From Eledone cirrhosa (lineage: Eukaryota): a stretch of 64,000 bases of DNA. Positions 24,211 through 50,100 of the stretch are shown here, one piece after another (the first letter of the stretch is position 1; each line of letters opens with the position of its first letter). The stretch is from assembly GCA_964016885.1 (NCBI GenBank), contig OZ024745.1, positions 13,764,001-13,828,000 of the forward strand. Direction: 5' to 3'. The translations under genes were made by a program, and so were the position numbers. The notes beneath the pieces are model-generated. The model made no database searches and was not told the DNA's origin. It saw only the letters and a program-made list of their open reading frames with translations.

Positions 24211-26544
24211 AATGGCAATGTCAAATAGGATGGCGATTTACATGTGAGAACGAGATGAGTAAAAATATTTTATGTGGATATAAAAAACATTTGAAAGTTT
24301 ATCCCGATGGCATAATATATTCATGTTTTCAGGGTAGAGAACATGAATATATTGTTTTGCCGTGTTATTGCTAAAATCCAGGTAGTCATGAATGGAAGAG
24401 TTGATTCTACACGAGGACGTCCTTTCACTATTCGGTGACTATCCCAGGCGGTGTAAGTTATAAATGATTCCCTCTTTTGTAATTCACCCGAAAATAAATC
24501 AAATTGGATTAAAAAGTCTGTAGGTTGAATATTTAAGATAATATAAAGAAAATTATTGTATACAGTGTTCAGCTTTTCTAAACATCGAAAAAGTGAATTA
24601 GTTTAAATTTCATTTGAAGGTGTGGTTGTAATGAATACAGACGTGTATTTGATAGTGTCATAATCCCTATTAATATAACTATACAGTATTTCAAAGCAAT
24701 ATAGAAGTTTTTTTGTTTTTTTTAAACGAATTAGACCAGATAAGTTATCTCAGAGATAGGGCAATTGGTTTAAAACGTGTAATACACAAGTTTGATTCAG
24801 ATCAATTGTGTATGTATGTATTTGTGTATGTAAGTATGTATGTGTGTGTATATGTATGTGTGTGTATGTATGTAAGCACTGTGGTCGAGTCTGCCTGAGT
24901 AAAGCTGGTTTGACTAAACACGAACAAAGTTATATCAGTAGACCTCATGTAGATTATGATCTGAAAAGGTAGACACATGAGAACACACAGCTAGAACAAA
25001 GCAATGGAAAGTCCTAGGGGAGCCTTCAGTTGCCATGTATGTGCCAGAGGGTGCAAGTCTTTGGCTGGTTTAAACAACCACATTCATGCCGCACATTTTT
25101 TAGCATTTTATCGGGTGAAGCCATCATGTAAGTATGTGTGTGTAAATATGTATATAAGTACGTATCTATATTCTTCTGGTTCAATAATTTTATAACATTT
25201 TTACCAATAGAGAGAGAGTCAGTTTTTAACAAAACTCTCTCATTGGCTTTTAAACATATGTATGTATGTGTGTATGTATGTATATGTGCGTGTATGTATG
25301 TGTGTGCATGTATGCATGTGTATGTATTTACGTATGCATCTATACATAGATAGATATAGAGAGAAAGAGAGGGTGGGTGGTAAAAACCCAACTACAATGC
25401 TTAGCCCATGGTCATGAATGACTGTACAATTTGCACCTAGCAGTTTCCACTTGAATTCGGCAAGCCTTTTCCAGGGTGTACTGGAGTATGGAGAGTTTTT
25501 CTCAAATTTATGTCAGAAGCAATTTTGGGGAATGAGTGGAATTGGGTCACTTGCTGTCCTGGTCAGCAACTGGTGGTAACTTGTGGTCCAAGATGTCCTT
25601 GTGAGAAGCTGCAATACACAGACTATCATCATCATCGTTATCATCATTTTATATCTGCTTTCTATGTTAGGTTGTCTGAGACCAGACCAGATGGGATGAA
25701 ATCATTTCATGCTTATATTTGATATAGTTTCTATTGTTCCATGCCTTGCCTAATGCCAACCATATTACTGCGTGTCCTGGGTTCATTTTGTCATCGCACC
25801 AGCACTACTTCTTTACAGAGTGAACTGGATACATTTTATTGTGGCACCAACAGTAGAGAAGTTGTCATATGCTCAGCCAGACAAAAGAATCTAAAATCTC
25901 CATTTGATTGCTTCTTCTCTTCTTCTTTGCCCACTTATTCCTGAGAGGGTCGTGGGAGGAGAGTCCTCAAATACTCCTTCCAGTGGGTTCTATCTGAAGC
26001 AACCATCTCCAGCTGATCTCCAAACGAGACAAGCCAAGTACATGGATTTTATCCAACCATTTTGCTTGGGCTCTACCCCTGGGTCTCCTGCCAGTTGGTT
26101 TTGCCTGTAAAATCTATTCAGTGATTCTTTCCTGAGACATACTAATCACATGCCTATAATATCAACGCTGTAACTTCCAGTCTCTCATGACATTCACTTT
26201 TAATGCTGCAATGCTTATACTGGTGGACAAGTTTTTTTGTATTATGGCCTACCGGTAACCATTTCAGTCTTGTGTCATATTTATGTATACTCTTTGAATA
26301 CCCTAACTGTTGACTATGCCTGTACATCTGCCACATATGTAATCTACCCTCCCTGACATGTAATCCCATTACATTTCTTGTTCCACTGTCCACACTGAGT
26401 ACATTGTATGGAGTTTCTACTCATTCCATGTCAACATATTGTGCACTGTCATTTCCTTGACGGTTGCAGAGTCTTGTCCTCTTTCCTACTTACTAAAACT
26501 TTAATCTTTGCTAAGTTTACTTCGAGACCTTAGAGAAAGAATAA

Positions 26545-27345
26545 ACATTTGTAAAAAAAATAAATAAACAACTAACCAAAGCATTTGGTCAAACAATTCC
26601 CTAGGAATTAATAGAAGCCAAAATAGTGCTAGCAGTTGGAATTACTGGTTGTCTAAATTTATAGCGTACTGTAATCACTCATGGATGCATACATGGACAC
26701 ACACACATATATATATATGTATGTATGTATGTGTATATATATATATACTTACACATACACACAAGTTGTTGGCCAAAGAATTTTTGATATCAATGGGTTA
26801 AAGACATATAAAATCAATTAGTCAGTTCTTCAGTCTAAAGTCCCTAGGGAGAATAAGTCGCCAAATAATTGTTGTACAAGTTGAAAACATATATGTATAC
26901 ATATATATAAATTTATATATATAAATCTATATATACATGTGTATATATAGATTTATATATATGTATACATATATGTTTTCAACTTGTACAACAATTATTT
27001 GGCGACTTATTCTCCCTAGGGACTTTAGATGTACACACATACACACACTCCCAGATATATATATTGAGTGAGTGGATGAATATATTTCGCAAGGTACTTT
27101 ATATTTTTTATTGGAGAAGGTAACAACGATCACTTGCACACTCTACTCTAAATAACAGTATACTATACACTCACAATTATTTAAAAATTCAATTATAACA
27201 TTCTGTATTAACATTTAGTATTACTGTATACTGCCAGTAATATATACAGTATATATACACTAAAATTAGTTTTAAAAATACACATTTTTTTTCTTCAAAA
27301 ATTTGATTGCACTTTTTGTTTTCACTTATGTATTTTTTGAAAATG
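26545..27345. repeat. Dispersed non-coding repeat of about 0.7-0.8 kb (inverted copy at about 62715-63395) with an internal fold-back at 26834-27029
   Basis: Long near-identical stretches, e.g. gaatatatttcgcaaggtactttatatttttt, match the reverse complement at about 62950-62980. Confidence 0.8.
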
Positions 27346-27459
27346 TTATTTATTCATTATAAAAACTAAATGATAGCATTCTATATTTGGGAGGGTCCCT
27401 TTATCTATTGGTAACCAATATTTTTAGACCCAATCCGCCACTGTATATATATATAATAA

Positions 27460-28915
27460 CAAGTCACCAGGTATGGATGGCATTTCTGCTGAAATGCTGA
27501 AGTCAGGAGGCGAAAGCATGGTCAAGTGGATAGGCCACTTATGTAATCTTGTGTGGAACACGGGTGAAGTCCCGGAAGATTGGAGAAATGGAGCGGTTGT
27601 CTGTATCCCCAAGAAGGGCAACCTTGCCGATTGTGACAACTGGAGGGGAGTGACACTTCTCTCCATACCAGGGCAGGTCTATTGTCTGATGATCCTGAAC
27701 CGCATACGTGGCATGGTAGACCGGGAACTGCAAGAACAACGTTCCTGTGCAGAGCAGATCTTTACATTACGCCGCATCATTGAGAGGTACAACGAATTCC
27801 AGAGGCCCCTCGCTGTCAGCTTCATCGATTTCTCCAAAGCATTCGATAGCATTCATTGACCGTCACTCTGGAGCATCAAGCATGAGTATGGTCTGCCCCA
27901 GAAAGTCATTTCGGCAATCAAATAGATTTACGCAAACTCCAAGTGCTGCATACGGACAGAGGATGGTTACAGTGACTGGTTTGAGGTGGTTACTGGTGTG
28001 CATCAGGGTTGCTCACTCTCTCCAATTCTCTTTGCCATAGCCATTGACTGGGTACTAAGAAGAGCGTCTAAAGACCAGGGTATATCTTGGGTGGGAGAGC
28101 AAAAGTTGTCTGACCTGGACTTTGCGGACGATATTGTTGCACTTGCAGAGAGCACAGCTGACCTGCAAATCATTATGAACAATATCAGTGTCGAAGCAGG
28201 AAGCTTAGGTCTCAATATCAGTGCTAAGAAGACCAAAAGCATGTTATCTGGGACACACCCATCACCAACTAGTGTTTTCATTGAACGGGGGGGTGAAGAT
28301 AGTGGACAACTTCACCTACCTAGGAAGCTCCATTGACAATGGGGGCGCCATGGACAGTGAATTGCAATGTAGAATGGGAAAGGCTTCAGCAGCATTTAAC
28401 CAGCTTGTCAAGATCTGGAAGAGCAGGAAGTTCACCCTCAAAACAAAGATGAGATTCTACAACAGCAACGTGCTGTCCACACTCTTGTACGGAAGTGAAA
28501 CATAGCACCTTAAGACCAGCCAAGAGAAGAAGTTGGACGCATTCGATTCCAGGTGTCTGCGAAAGATCCTGGGGATTAAATGGAGTGACCATGTAACAAA
28601 CCAGGAAGTCAGGAACCGCACCAACCAGCAGCTAGTCTCTTCTGCCATCTGCAAGCGACGCCTGGGCTGGTTTGGGCACGCTTTGAGACTTCCCCCGGAG
28701 AGACTGGCGAACCAAGTACTTAAATGGAGCCTGCAGGGAAGCAGACAGAGAGGGCGACCCAAAATGAACTGGCGCCAGACAGTTGAGAGGGACCTGTGAG
28801 CGACAAACAGACAATGGCGGGATGCTGTGCAACTGGCTGCTGACCGAACGCGGTGGAACACTATGATTGCTTCATGCGTCGCAAGACGCGGGAGCTTCTG
28901 AGTCTGAGTCTGAGT
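27460..28915 (+). mobile_element. 5'-truncated, disrupted RTE (BovB-like) LINE reverse transcriptase
   Basis: Motifs KSPGMDGI, IPKKGNLADCDNWRG, FIDFSKAFDSI, GVHQGCSLSPILF, LDFADDI, FTYLGS, LLYGSET and GRPKMNW are spread across stops and frameshifts. It ends in a (tctgag)3 tail. Confidence 0.92.
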
Positions 28916-29179
28916 TCAATTGGGGGCAACCACAGTAAGTAGGGTACTCAATACATAGCAAAGAATAAATATTTAATATAGAAATGGCTTCTACAGGACT
29001 AGAACTGTTTCATTCAGGAGACATCATCAGGAAACCTGAAGAAGCCATTTCTATATTAAATATATATATATTTTTTTTACAGTCGATCGACTTTCGTCAA
29101 ATCTGACCAAGGAAATAATGTTTCTATTGGTTTTTCCAATTGCTAATACTATCTATCGGTCGCAACTCCAGGTAGAAGG

Positions 29180-29298
29180 AGCAATGTGAAATAAAGTGTC
29201 TTGCTCAAGGATATAATGCATCGCCCGGTCCGGGAATGGAACTCATAACCTCACGATTGCGAATCCAATTCTCTAACCACTCAGCCATGCGCCTTCCC
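29180..29298 (-). mobile_element. SINE family B 5' fragment
   Basis: The reverse complement reads gaaggcgcatggctgagtggttagag...ccttgagcaagacactttatttcac. Confidence 0.65.
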
Positions 29299-29388
29299 AC
29301 ACACACATAACAACAACAACAACAACACAATCGGTACAGTATATGGAAGGAATATATTAAGTTAATGCTTGATGTAGCAGGAAGAGGG

Positions 29389-29424
29389 TCTTAACGTTTC
29401 GGACGTTAGTCCTTCGTCAGAAGA
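29389..29424 (-). ncRNA. Minimal type I hammerhead ribozyme motif (Penelope-type)
   Basis: Minus strand: TCTT CTGACGA A GGAC-TAAC-GTCC GAAAC GTT AAGA. Core boxes, stem II and stem I are present. It lies downstream of the GIY-YIG fragment on the same strand. Confidence 0.7.
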
Positions 29425-29654
29425 AAGAATGAGAAATTAGAAAGATTGAAGGGATGGGCAGGGCGGAATCGGAAAAAATGTTTTTAGAGAAAAATATCAG
29501 CTCCATTCATGTTGACATCTCTTGGAAAACTGTTGATGCTGGCGTTTTGTGTTGGAAATACTTTTTTAGAAAAGTGGATGATGGAGCACGTCTACCTGAA
29601 ATGGAAAAAAAACTGTTTTGAATATAGAGCTATACTTGTGCATGTGATATGCGC

Positions 29655-29685
<31 letters not shown>

Positions 29686-30233
29686 CGTGCGTGTGTGTGT
29701 GTGTGTCCGTACGAAGCTAAGAGGATATGTGTGAGTATATGTAAGTAAAAGAGTATGTGTGCTTATAAGTCGAAGCCGTGAGCAAAAGTGTGTTAATATA
29801 AGGGTGTGTATGTGTGTTTATGCAGAGCTGTGAAGAAAAAAGTAGAGTGTGCGTATTTTGTTGGTCTGTATCAGCTGAAAGGGTATATGTTTCTGACTAT
29901 AAGAGAGCCATAGGAATCTAGGGGTGGGTGTACTAGCGCTTGTGTGATAACAGACGGGGTATTAAAGCAATGGGGGGGGGGGGTGAGTCCATGAGGGAAA
30001 CAAGACCCAAGGCGGTAAATCAGACTCTGTTCAGTCCTGGTGCGCGAGGCCTGTGATCCGTGATGTAAAAGACCCAGGGCTGAGACATGTAGGGAAGAGT
30101 GTCTAGGGGAACGGAATTGAAGGGCGACGGGAGTATCCAAACCGAGTCGTATGTCCCTCAAATGTTCAGCAAAACGGTCTGCCAAACGGTGACCTGTTTG
30201 TCCGATGTATAAGGACCCGCAAAGGGAACACAT
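29389..30233 (-). mobile_element. Penelope-like element 3' fragment (GIY-YIG endonuclease plus pseudo-LTR)
   Basis: ORF 29871-30233 reads CSLCGSLYIGQTGHRLADRFAEHLRDI...EQSLIYRLGS..PHGL, typical of a PLE GIY-YIG domain. A hammerhead motif follows downstream. Confidence 0.8.
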
Positions 30234-30687
30234 GTATGTATGTATGTATATAAGATGGGGCTAACCAACAAGGATATGCAGACCACACTATGTTCTGCCA
30301 GCTGTGATACGGATAAAATGAAGAGCTCAACAGCCTGTACAGATGGTACAAGCCGGAACATGATATAGTTTTTTAAAGAAGTTTTGTCATATTTTCAAGT
30401 TTTCTAAAGGTTTCTATGCCACATGAAGAGCTTAGGCTGTCAAAATTGGTAGTCCTGAGCGAAATATGTATCACGGAGATTTGAATAAACCTAAATCAAC
30501 TGCTTATGGCCTCCGATCTTTTTAATACTATATATATATATATATATAGATAGATAGATAAATCTACCAAAATGTACGGTAGTGTCCAATCCGTATGAAG
30601 AACTCAATGTAATCCGAATATCATGAAAAGAGATGTATTCAAAAAAAAATTTTTCGGTGAAAATTAACGGAAAACAAAGTCAAGATA

Positions 30688-31372
30688 AATTAATAAAATA
30701 ATGAATAAACAAAGAAAAAGTTCCTTATATTAAAGAATTCATCATTTTACGATCGTTTCTAGGATATATATGTTAGTGTTGATATGCATATCCTATAGAT
30801 CTATGTAAACATTTTACAAACTATCAGAGGGAATATACATACCTACACATATATATGCTGACCTCAGAAATAATTATATTTGTTCATTGAATAAAACGAA
30901 CAAAGATTTAATATAGTAGGTCTGTTTGGGAACAGGTTATGAACAAATATAATTATTTCTGAGGCCAGCATATGACCTATTCTCATCCCTAAAATAATCT
31001 TTCATTCATAATATTCTTTCCATCCAAAACTGAAATCTACCTTCCGCTACCCATAAATTAAGGTTCTTTTACTACTATATTACTATCTTGACCTTCACTA
31101 TCTTTCTATTGGTCAATTCAAAACCTGTTCCCAAACAGACCTATTGTATTAAATCTTTGTTGGTTTTTTCAATAAACAAATATCATTATTTCTGAAGACA
31201 GCATATATATGTGTAGGTATGTATATTCCCTCTGATAGTTTGTAAAAATTTTACATAGATCTATAGGATATGCATACCAACACTAACATATATATCCTAG
31301 AAACGATCGTAAAATGATGAATTTTTTAATATAAGGAACTGTTTCTTTGTTTATTCATTATTTTATTAATTT
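30688..31372. repeat. Fold-back element with about 250-bp inverted arms abutting a long (TA)n; contains a hammerhead-like motif
   Basis: About 30688-30938 is the inverted match of about 31122-31372, with a third partial arm copy at about 30940-30972. Confidence 0.88.
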
Positions 31373-31379
31373 ATATATA

Positions 31380-31444
<65 letters not shown>

Positions 31445-32150
31445 TATAAACAGAAAAGTTGACATGGCTCGCAGAATGTATTCCTGGATTCTCAGAACCT
31501 TCCAGTCGAGAGATATCCACACTGTTATCCTTCTCTTCTCCACTTTTGCCCGACCCCACCTTAAATACTGTTATCCACTGTGGTCTCCCCACGCGAAACA
31601 AAGTATCATGAAAGTTGAAGCACACCAAAGATCGATTACAAAAAAGATAGATGGCATGACAGGCCTTGACTATTGGAGTCGATTAGAAAAGCTCAACTTT
31701 ATTCTCTCTAACGTCGCCGTGAGCGCTACATTATCTGCATGATATGGAAAATATTCCATCAGCTTTGCCCAAATGATGTTGGCATCACCTTTAATGTACA
31801 CCCAAGGCTTGGGCTACGTGCTATCCGCCCACGACAAAAATCTCACTCGCATCTTATAAAAACAATACGGCACAATTATTTCACCTCAACTGGCCCTGCT
31901 CTCTTTGACATTACACTAAAACACATCAAAACAGAAACAGACCCCCATCAAATTCAAGAAGTCTTTGGACAAATTCCTTCAAGAAATCTCGGATAAGCCT
32001 CCTACACCCGGATATGCCTCCGTAAACAATAACTCTCTGCTCGAGTAGGCCATGGTGCCCAAACTCTGATTTGTAAGACTTCGCCAGGTGGTGCTATTAA
32101 GTTAGACATGGCCTGGGCCAATACTGGCCGAAACCTATCAAAGTTATACA
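31445..32150 (+). mobile_element. CR1/L2-group LINE 3' fragment (frameshifted)
   Basis: RPHLKYCYPLWSP...QRSITKKI.GM..LDYWSRLEKL resembles the CR1-group RT thumb region. Confidence 0.75.
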
Positions 32151-32307
32151 GTTTGGCAGGTGAACAGCTGTACTGATGAAGGTTGATACCCAGAAACATT
32201 AGTGTCTGCAGTTCTGTTCACATGCCAAGAATGAAGGGTTTATTATACTGACATGGCTATAAAATTGAGGCTTGTTTGCATAATTGCAAACGAATCGAAT
32301 GTTATTA

Positions 32308-32496
32308 TTGTGGATTGGCAGTATCAGTAGATGGTCAGACGCCATGCTTTCCAGCATAGTTACGTCCCTTTACGATCTGAGTTCAACTCCCGCCGAGGTT
32401 GACTTTGCCTTTCATGCCTACGGGGTCGATAAAATAAAGTACCAGTAATGCACTGGGTATTTGCTGGCCTTGTGCCTAACGTAGAAACAATTATTA
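32308..32496 (+). mobile_element. SINE family A copy
   Basis: Near-identical to 59974-60162. Confidence 0.78.
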
Positions 32497-33084
32497 ATAT
32501 TCGAAAAACTCAGATTATATTTATATATATATATACATATATATAATAAAAGTATCGAAGATCGCTGGTATTAAGTCAACGTTCTCCGGCCAACGTCTCG
32601 CTCACTCAATGAATCTGCCGAATTGCAGTGATGCAGTTGCAACCAACTGTTCAGAGTGCACGCATTTGGTTAATAGCAGATGCGGTGGCTGTGTTTTGGT
32701 AGAGACACAAGTAAATATCTATTTATATATATGCGTGTGTGTATACACCTCCTAACAACCACTAGTGTCTATCTCTATATTTTTAACTATCTGTTTGACA
32801 TATAAATACCAAACTTTAAAAAAAAAAAAAAAAAGTACTGGGTCAATATAATCGAACTAATTCCGTCCCATCATTACTCTAGTTCAATGACTGAAATGAG
32901 TAAAAATAAAATAATTTAGAAAACGATTACTAAGCGATTGGCGTGAGAGTGCTCTCCCCTTGTTGACAGTGAGAATCTCGTGTGACTAAAACGAGTGTTT
33001 GTTGTCAACTTGAAATTTGTTGTTCATTTTTGCTAAAATAATAATTGTTTTTCTTTATCAAAATCTTTTTATTTCCACAAAGAA

Positions 33085-46898
<13,814 letters not shown>

Positions 46899-47001
46899 AT
46901 TGTGAAAATGAAACACTTCGCATTAAAACCTTTACATGGAAAAATAAATTTACGCAATTTTACTTATTATTTATATCAAATATGTTGAATATTTATTTTT
47001 T

Positions 47002-47032
<31 letters not shown>

Positions 47033-47194
47033 CAAACTTATCCTTTTTGTAGCTAACATTTTGAGTTTTAACTTGAATTGCTTCAGCTATATAGACAGAT
47101 ATTTGAAATACAAATTAAACCAACAAGTGAGTTTTAGTTGTTTAATATCATTAAAAAAATACATAATTAACAAATGTCCTTTTGTTGTATGAAA

Positions 47195-50100
47195 TTAAAA
47201 ATCTTTCAATGAATTCACATTTTTCACAAGCCTTGTGTCTAAAATAGTTGGCTTGGGTTTAGTAGATGAATCTTGTTGAACCAATTCACTTACTGAATTA
47301 TTCTGAAATGTAACTGCAGGATAAGTTGCAGGTATTTCTGGTGGTGGTGGTGGTGGTGGTGTTACACTAGATGTATTTTGATCTTGAGTATTATATGGAG
47401 GTGGTGCAGTAAATATTGGAGGAAATGATTGACTATAGTTCAAAATTGGTTGTTGTTCCTCCTGGTGAGTGGAGATAGAAAGATGACTGCCTCCAGTTAA
47501 AATATCTGAGGAATTATCTACAATATTATTATCTAGGGACCGTGTCTCTCCTGGGAGTGGAATATTTGCGGTATCTATCATATTTAGCTGCGTACAATTC
47601 TCATCCATCTTAACTGTTTGCTTTTTGCTCATTTTACTTTTCTTTCTTTCTTGTGCTAACTGAATTCTGTCTGCAGATACATAATCCTTCTTTTGTCTCT
47701 TTGATGAATTCCCTCTGTTATAATCTTTGGGTGGTGCAAAATTCATTTCTTTAGAAACATTTTCATAAAGTTTAGGTGGAGCAAATTCATAGTTTCTTTC
47801 ATTTCGCTTTTGGTTAAAATATTCTTTTTCTTTTTCAAAAAATTCTGATGGAAAATAAAAATGACACAAATTTTAAATTATCCGATTGCGAAAATTTCTT
47901 CAAATGTTTTTTTTTTTTTTCCTTTTTCACTTTATTAGTTTACTTATATTAAATTAGCAGAACTTCTACAAAGAATTAAACTTTCTCAAATTAAAGACTA
48001 TTTTAAACAGTAACATAGAATCAACATTAGAATCACTTCAGAAGGTAGTTATTCATAAATAAAAAAACGTCTGAACTACATTTTAGTGACTGCCTCACTC
48101 CAACCCTCAACTTTGTTCCCTCATAGCTTTATTAAGAATGTTTATTTTCTAAGGAAATTTTGCACTGATACATTTTCAAAGGTGTAGATTACAATTATGT
48201 TGCTTGGAAAAAAAAAAAAAAATAGTACTTGAGGTCTCTGCCCCCACGAGCTTCCCAGGAATAAGCAGGCAAACAAGAAGGCAACTAAACATAAACTCAG
48301 AAATATGTTCATCATGCCTTCCATTTTCATGTTGATATCATAGATTTTATACAGGAACATAATATCATTTCTACAACTGAATTTGGAAAAAAATAATAAA
48401 ATATAAAATAATTTTTTTTTTTTTTCGTTTTTGATGTCACCAACATGTAATTTTTACCTTTGAAAGGGTGTCTGAAAATTTCATAAAAAATACTCATTAT
48501 TAAGAAAATGGGGGGGCTATAGGTATGCCATTAAAAAGACAAGAATCTCATTTCTAATGTAAAAAATATTAAATAAAGAGTTGAGTGAATAAACTAAAGA
48601 ATCTTACTATCTTTTCCAATGTCCCATTCTCTCATTGGAAGTGATTGTTTTGAAAGAGGTTCAATTCTGTTTACAGGTTCTGCTTTCTGCTCTTCACATT
48701 CACTTTCTTCCAATTGCTCATCTAAAATTGAAAGATAAATTATATTAAAACAAAATTATAAACATTTACCTAATTTGTTTAATTTATTTCGTGTTTTTAT
48801 AGATTTCATTTCTTTTTAATCCTTATTTTGATTTTATAAATCATCCCACCCTTGCAAGCAGGGAAAAGCGGACGTAAAATGATGGTGAAATCATTGCAAT
48901 TCAGAATGTACTTAGAACACTCTATAAAGTGGTGGACTATTGAACATGACTATAAATATTCATTTTGTGAAGGACATAACCTCTCTAAAGCTGGTGCCAC
49001 AATAAAATGTACCCAGTACACTCTGTAAAGTAGCTGGTGTTAAAGAAGGTACCCACCTGTAGAATTCATGCCAAAAATTAAAACAAATGAAAGGCAGGCT
49101 GTATGATGCCTGCATACGAACAGCAATGTTGCATGGCAGTGAGACCTGGGCATTGTGTGCAGAGGATATACGCAGACTGGAGAGGAACGAAGCTTGCATG
49201 CTCCGCTGGATGTGTAATAGTAATATACGTGAACGGCAAAGCATAAACGAACTAAGGGAGAAATTAGGAATAAGAGGGATCAGATGTTGTTTACTCGAGA
49301 GAAGACTACGTTGGTATGGTCACGTGATGCGCATGAAAGACGACAGCTGTATAAAAAAGTACAGGGCAATAAAAATAGACGGTAGCCACGGAGTAGGCAG
49401 ACCCAGAAAAACCTGGTACGACTTGATAAATTCTGACCTCACTCACTTACACCTCTCCAAGACAATGTCACTGGACCGAGATCTTTGGCGCTACACAGCA
49501 ATAGAGAAGACCCGCCTTACCTAAGTACAAAGTGAAACCTACTACAGTCAGTAGGCACCTCTAACAAAATACACCCCCATCCACACCACCCCTTTCAATG
49601 TAAAGTTATGTTGGTACCACAACATCCAGTCTGAAACAAATGAGGTCGTGTAGGTGTCACGACAAAAAAACACAGTCCACGCTGTAATGTGGCCGTGTAG
49701 GTAACACGGTAAAAACCTCCCAGTTCCACACTGTAAATGTGGTTGGTGTTAGGAATGGCATCCAGCCGTAGAAAACCCGCCAGACAACCACTCTTGCCTC
49801 AAGTGGGAAAACTCCCGTCCAAACCCATGCAAGCGTGGAATATGGACGTTAAACGATGATGATGATGAGCCAGATGGGCAATAACTCCAAATAAGAACTG
49901 ATTCAACCCATACCAGAATTGAACCTGATATAAAATTGTCAATTTTTAAATATAATTTCTTGGATGCATCAATTTGAATATATTTGAACATTGCTAGGTA
50001 ACTAATGAATACAACAAGCAATCTAAAATAAAGTTATGTCCTCCGGTTAATGAAAAAAATTCTTACACTTCATAGTTACTCAACCTGGATAGTAAAATCT

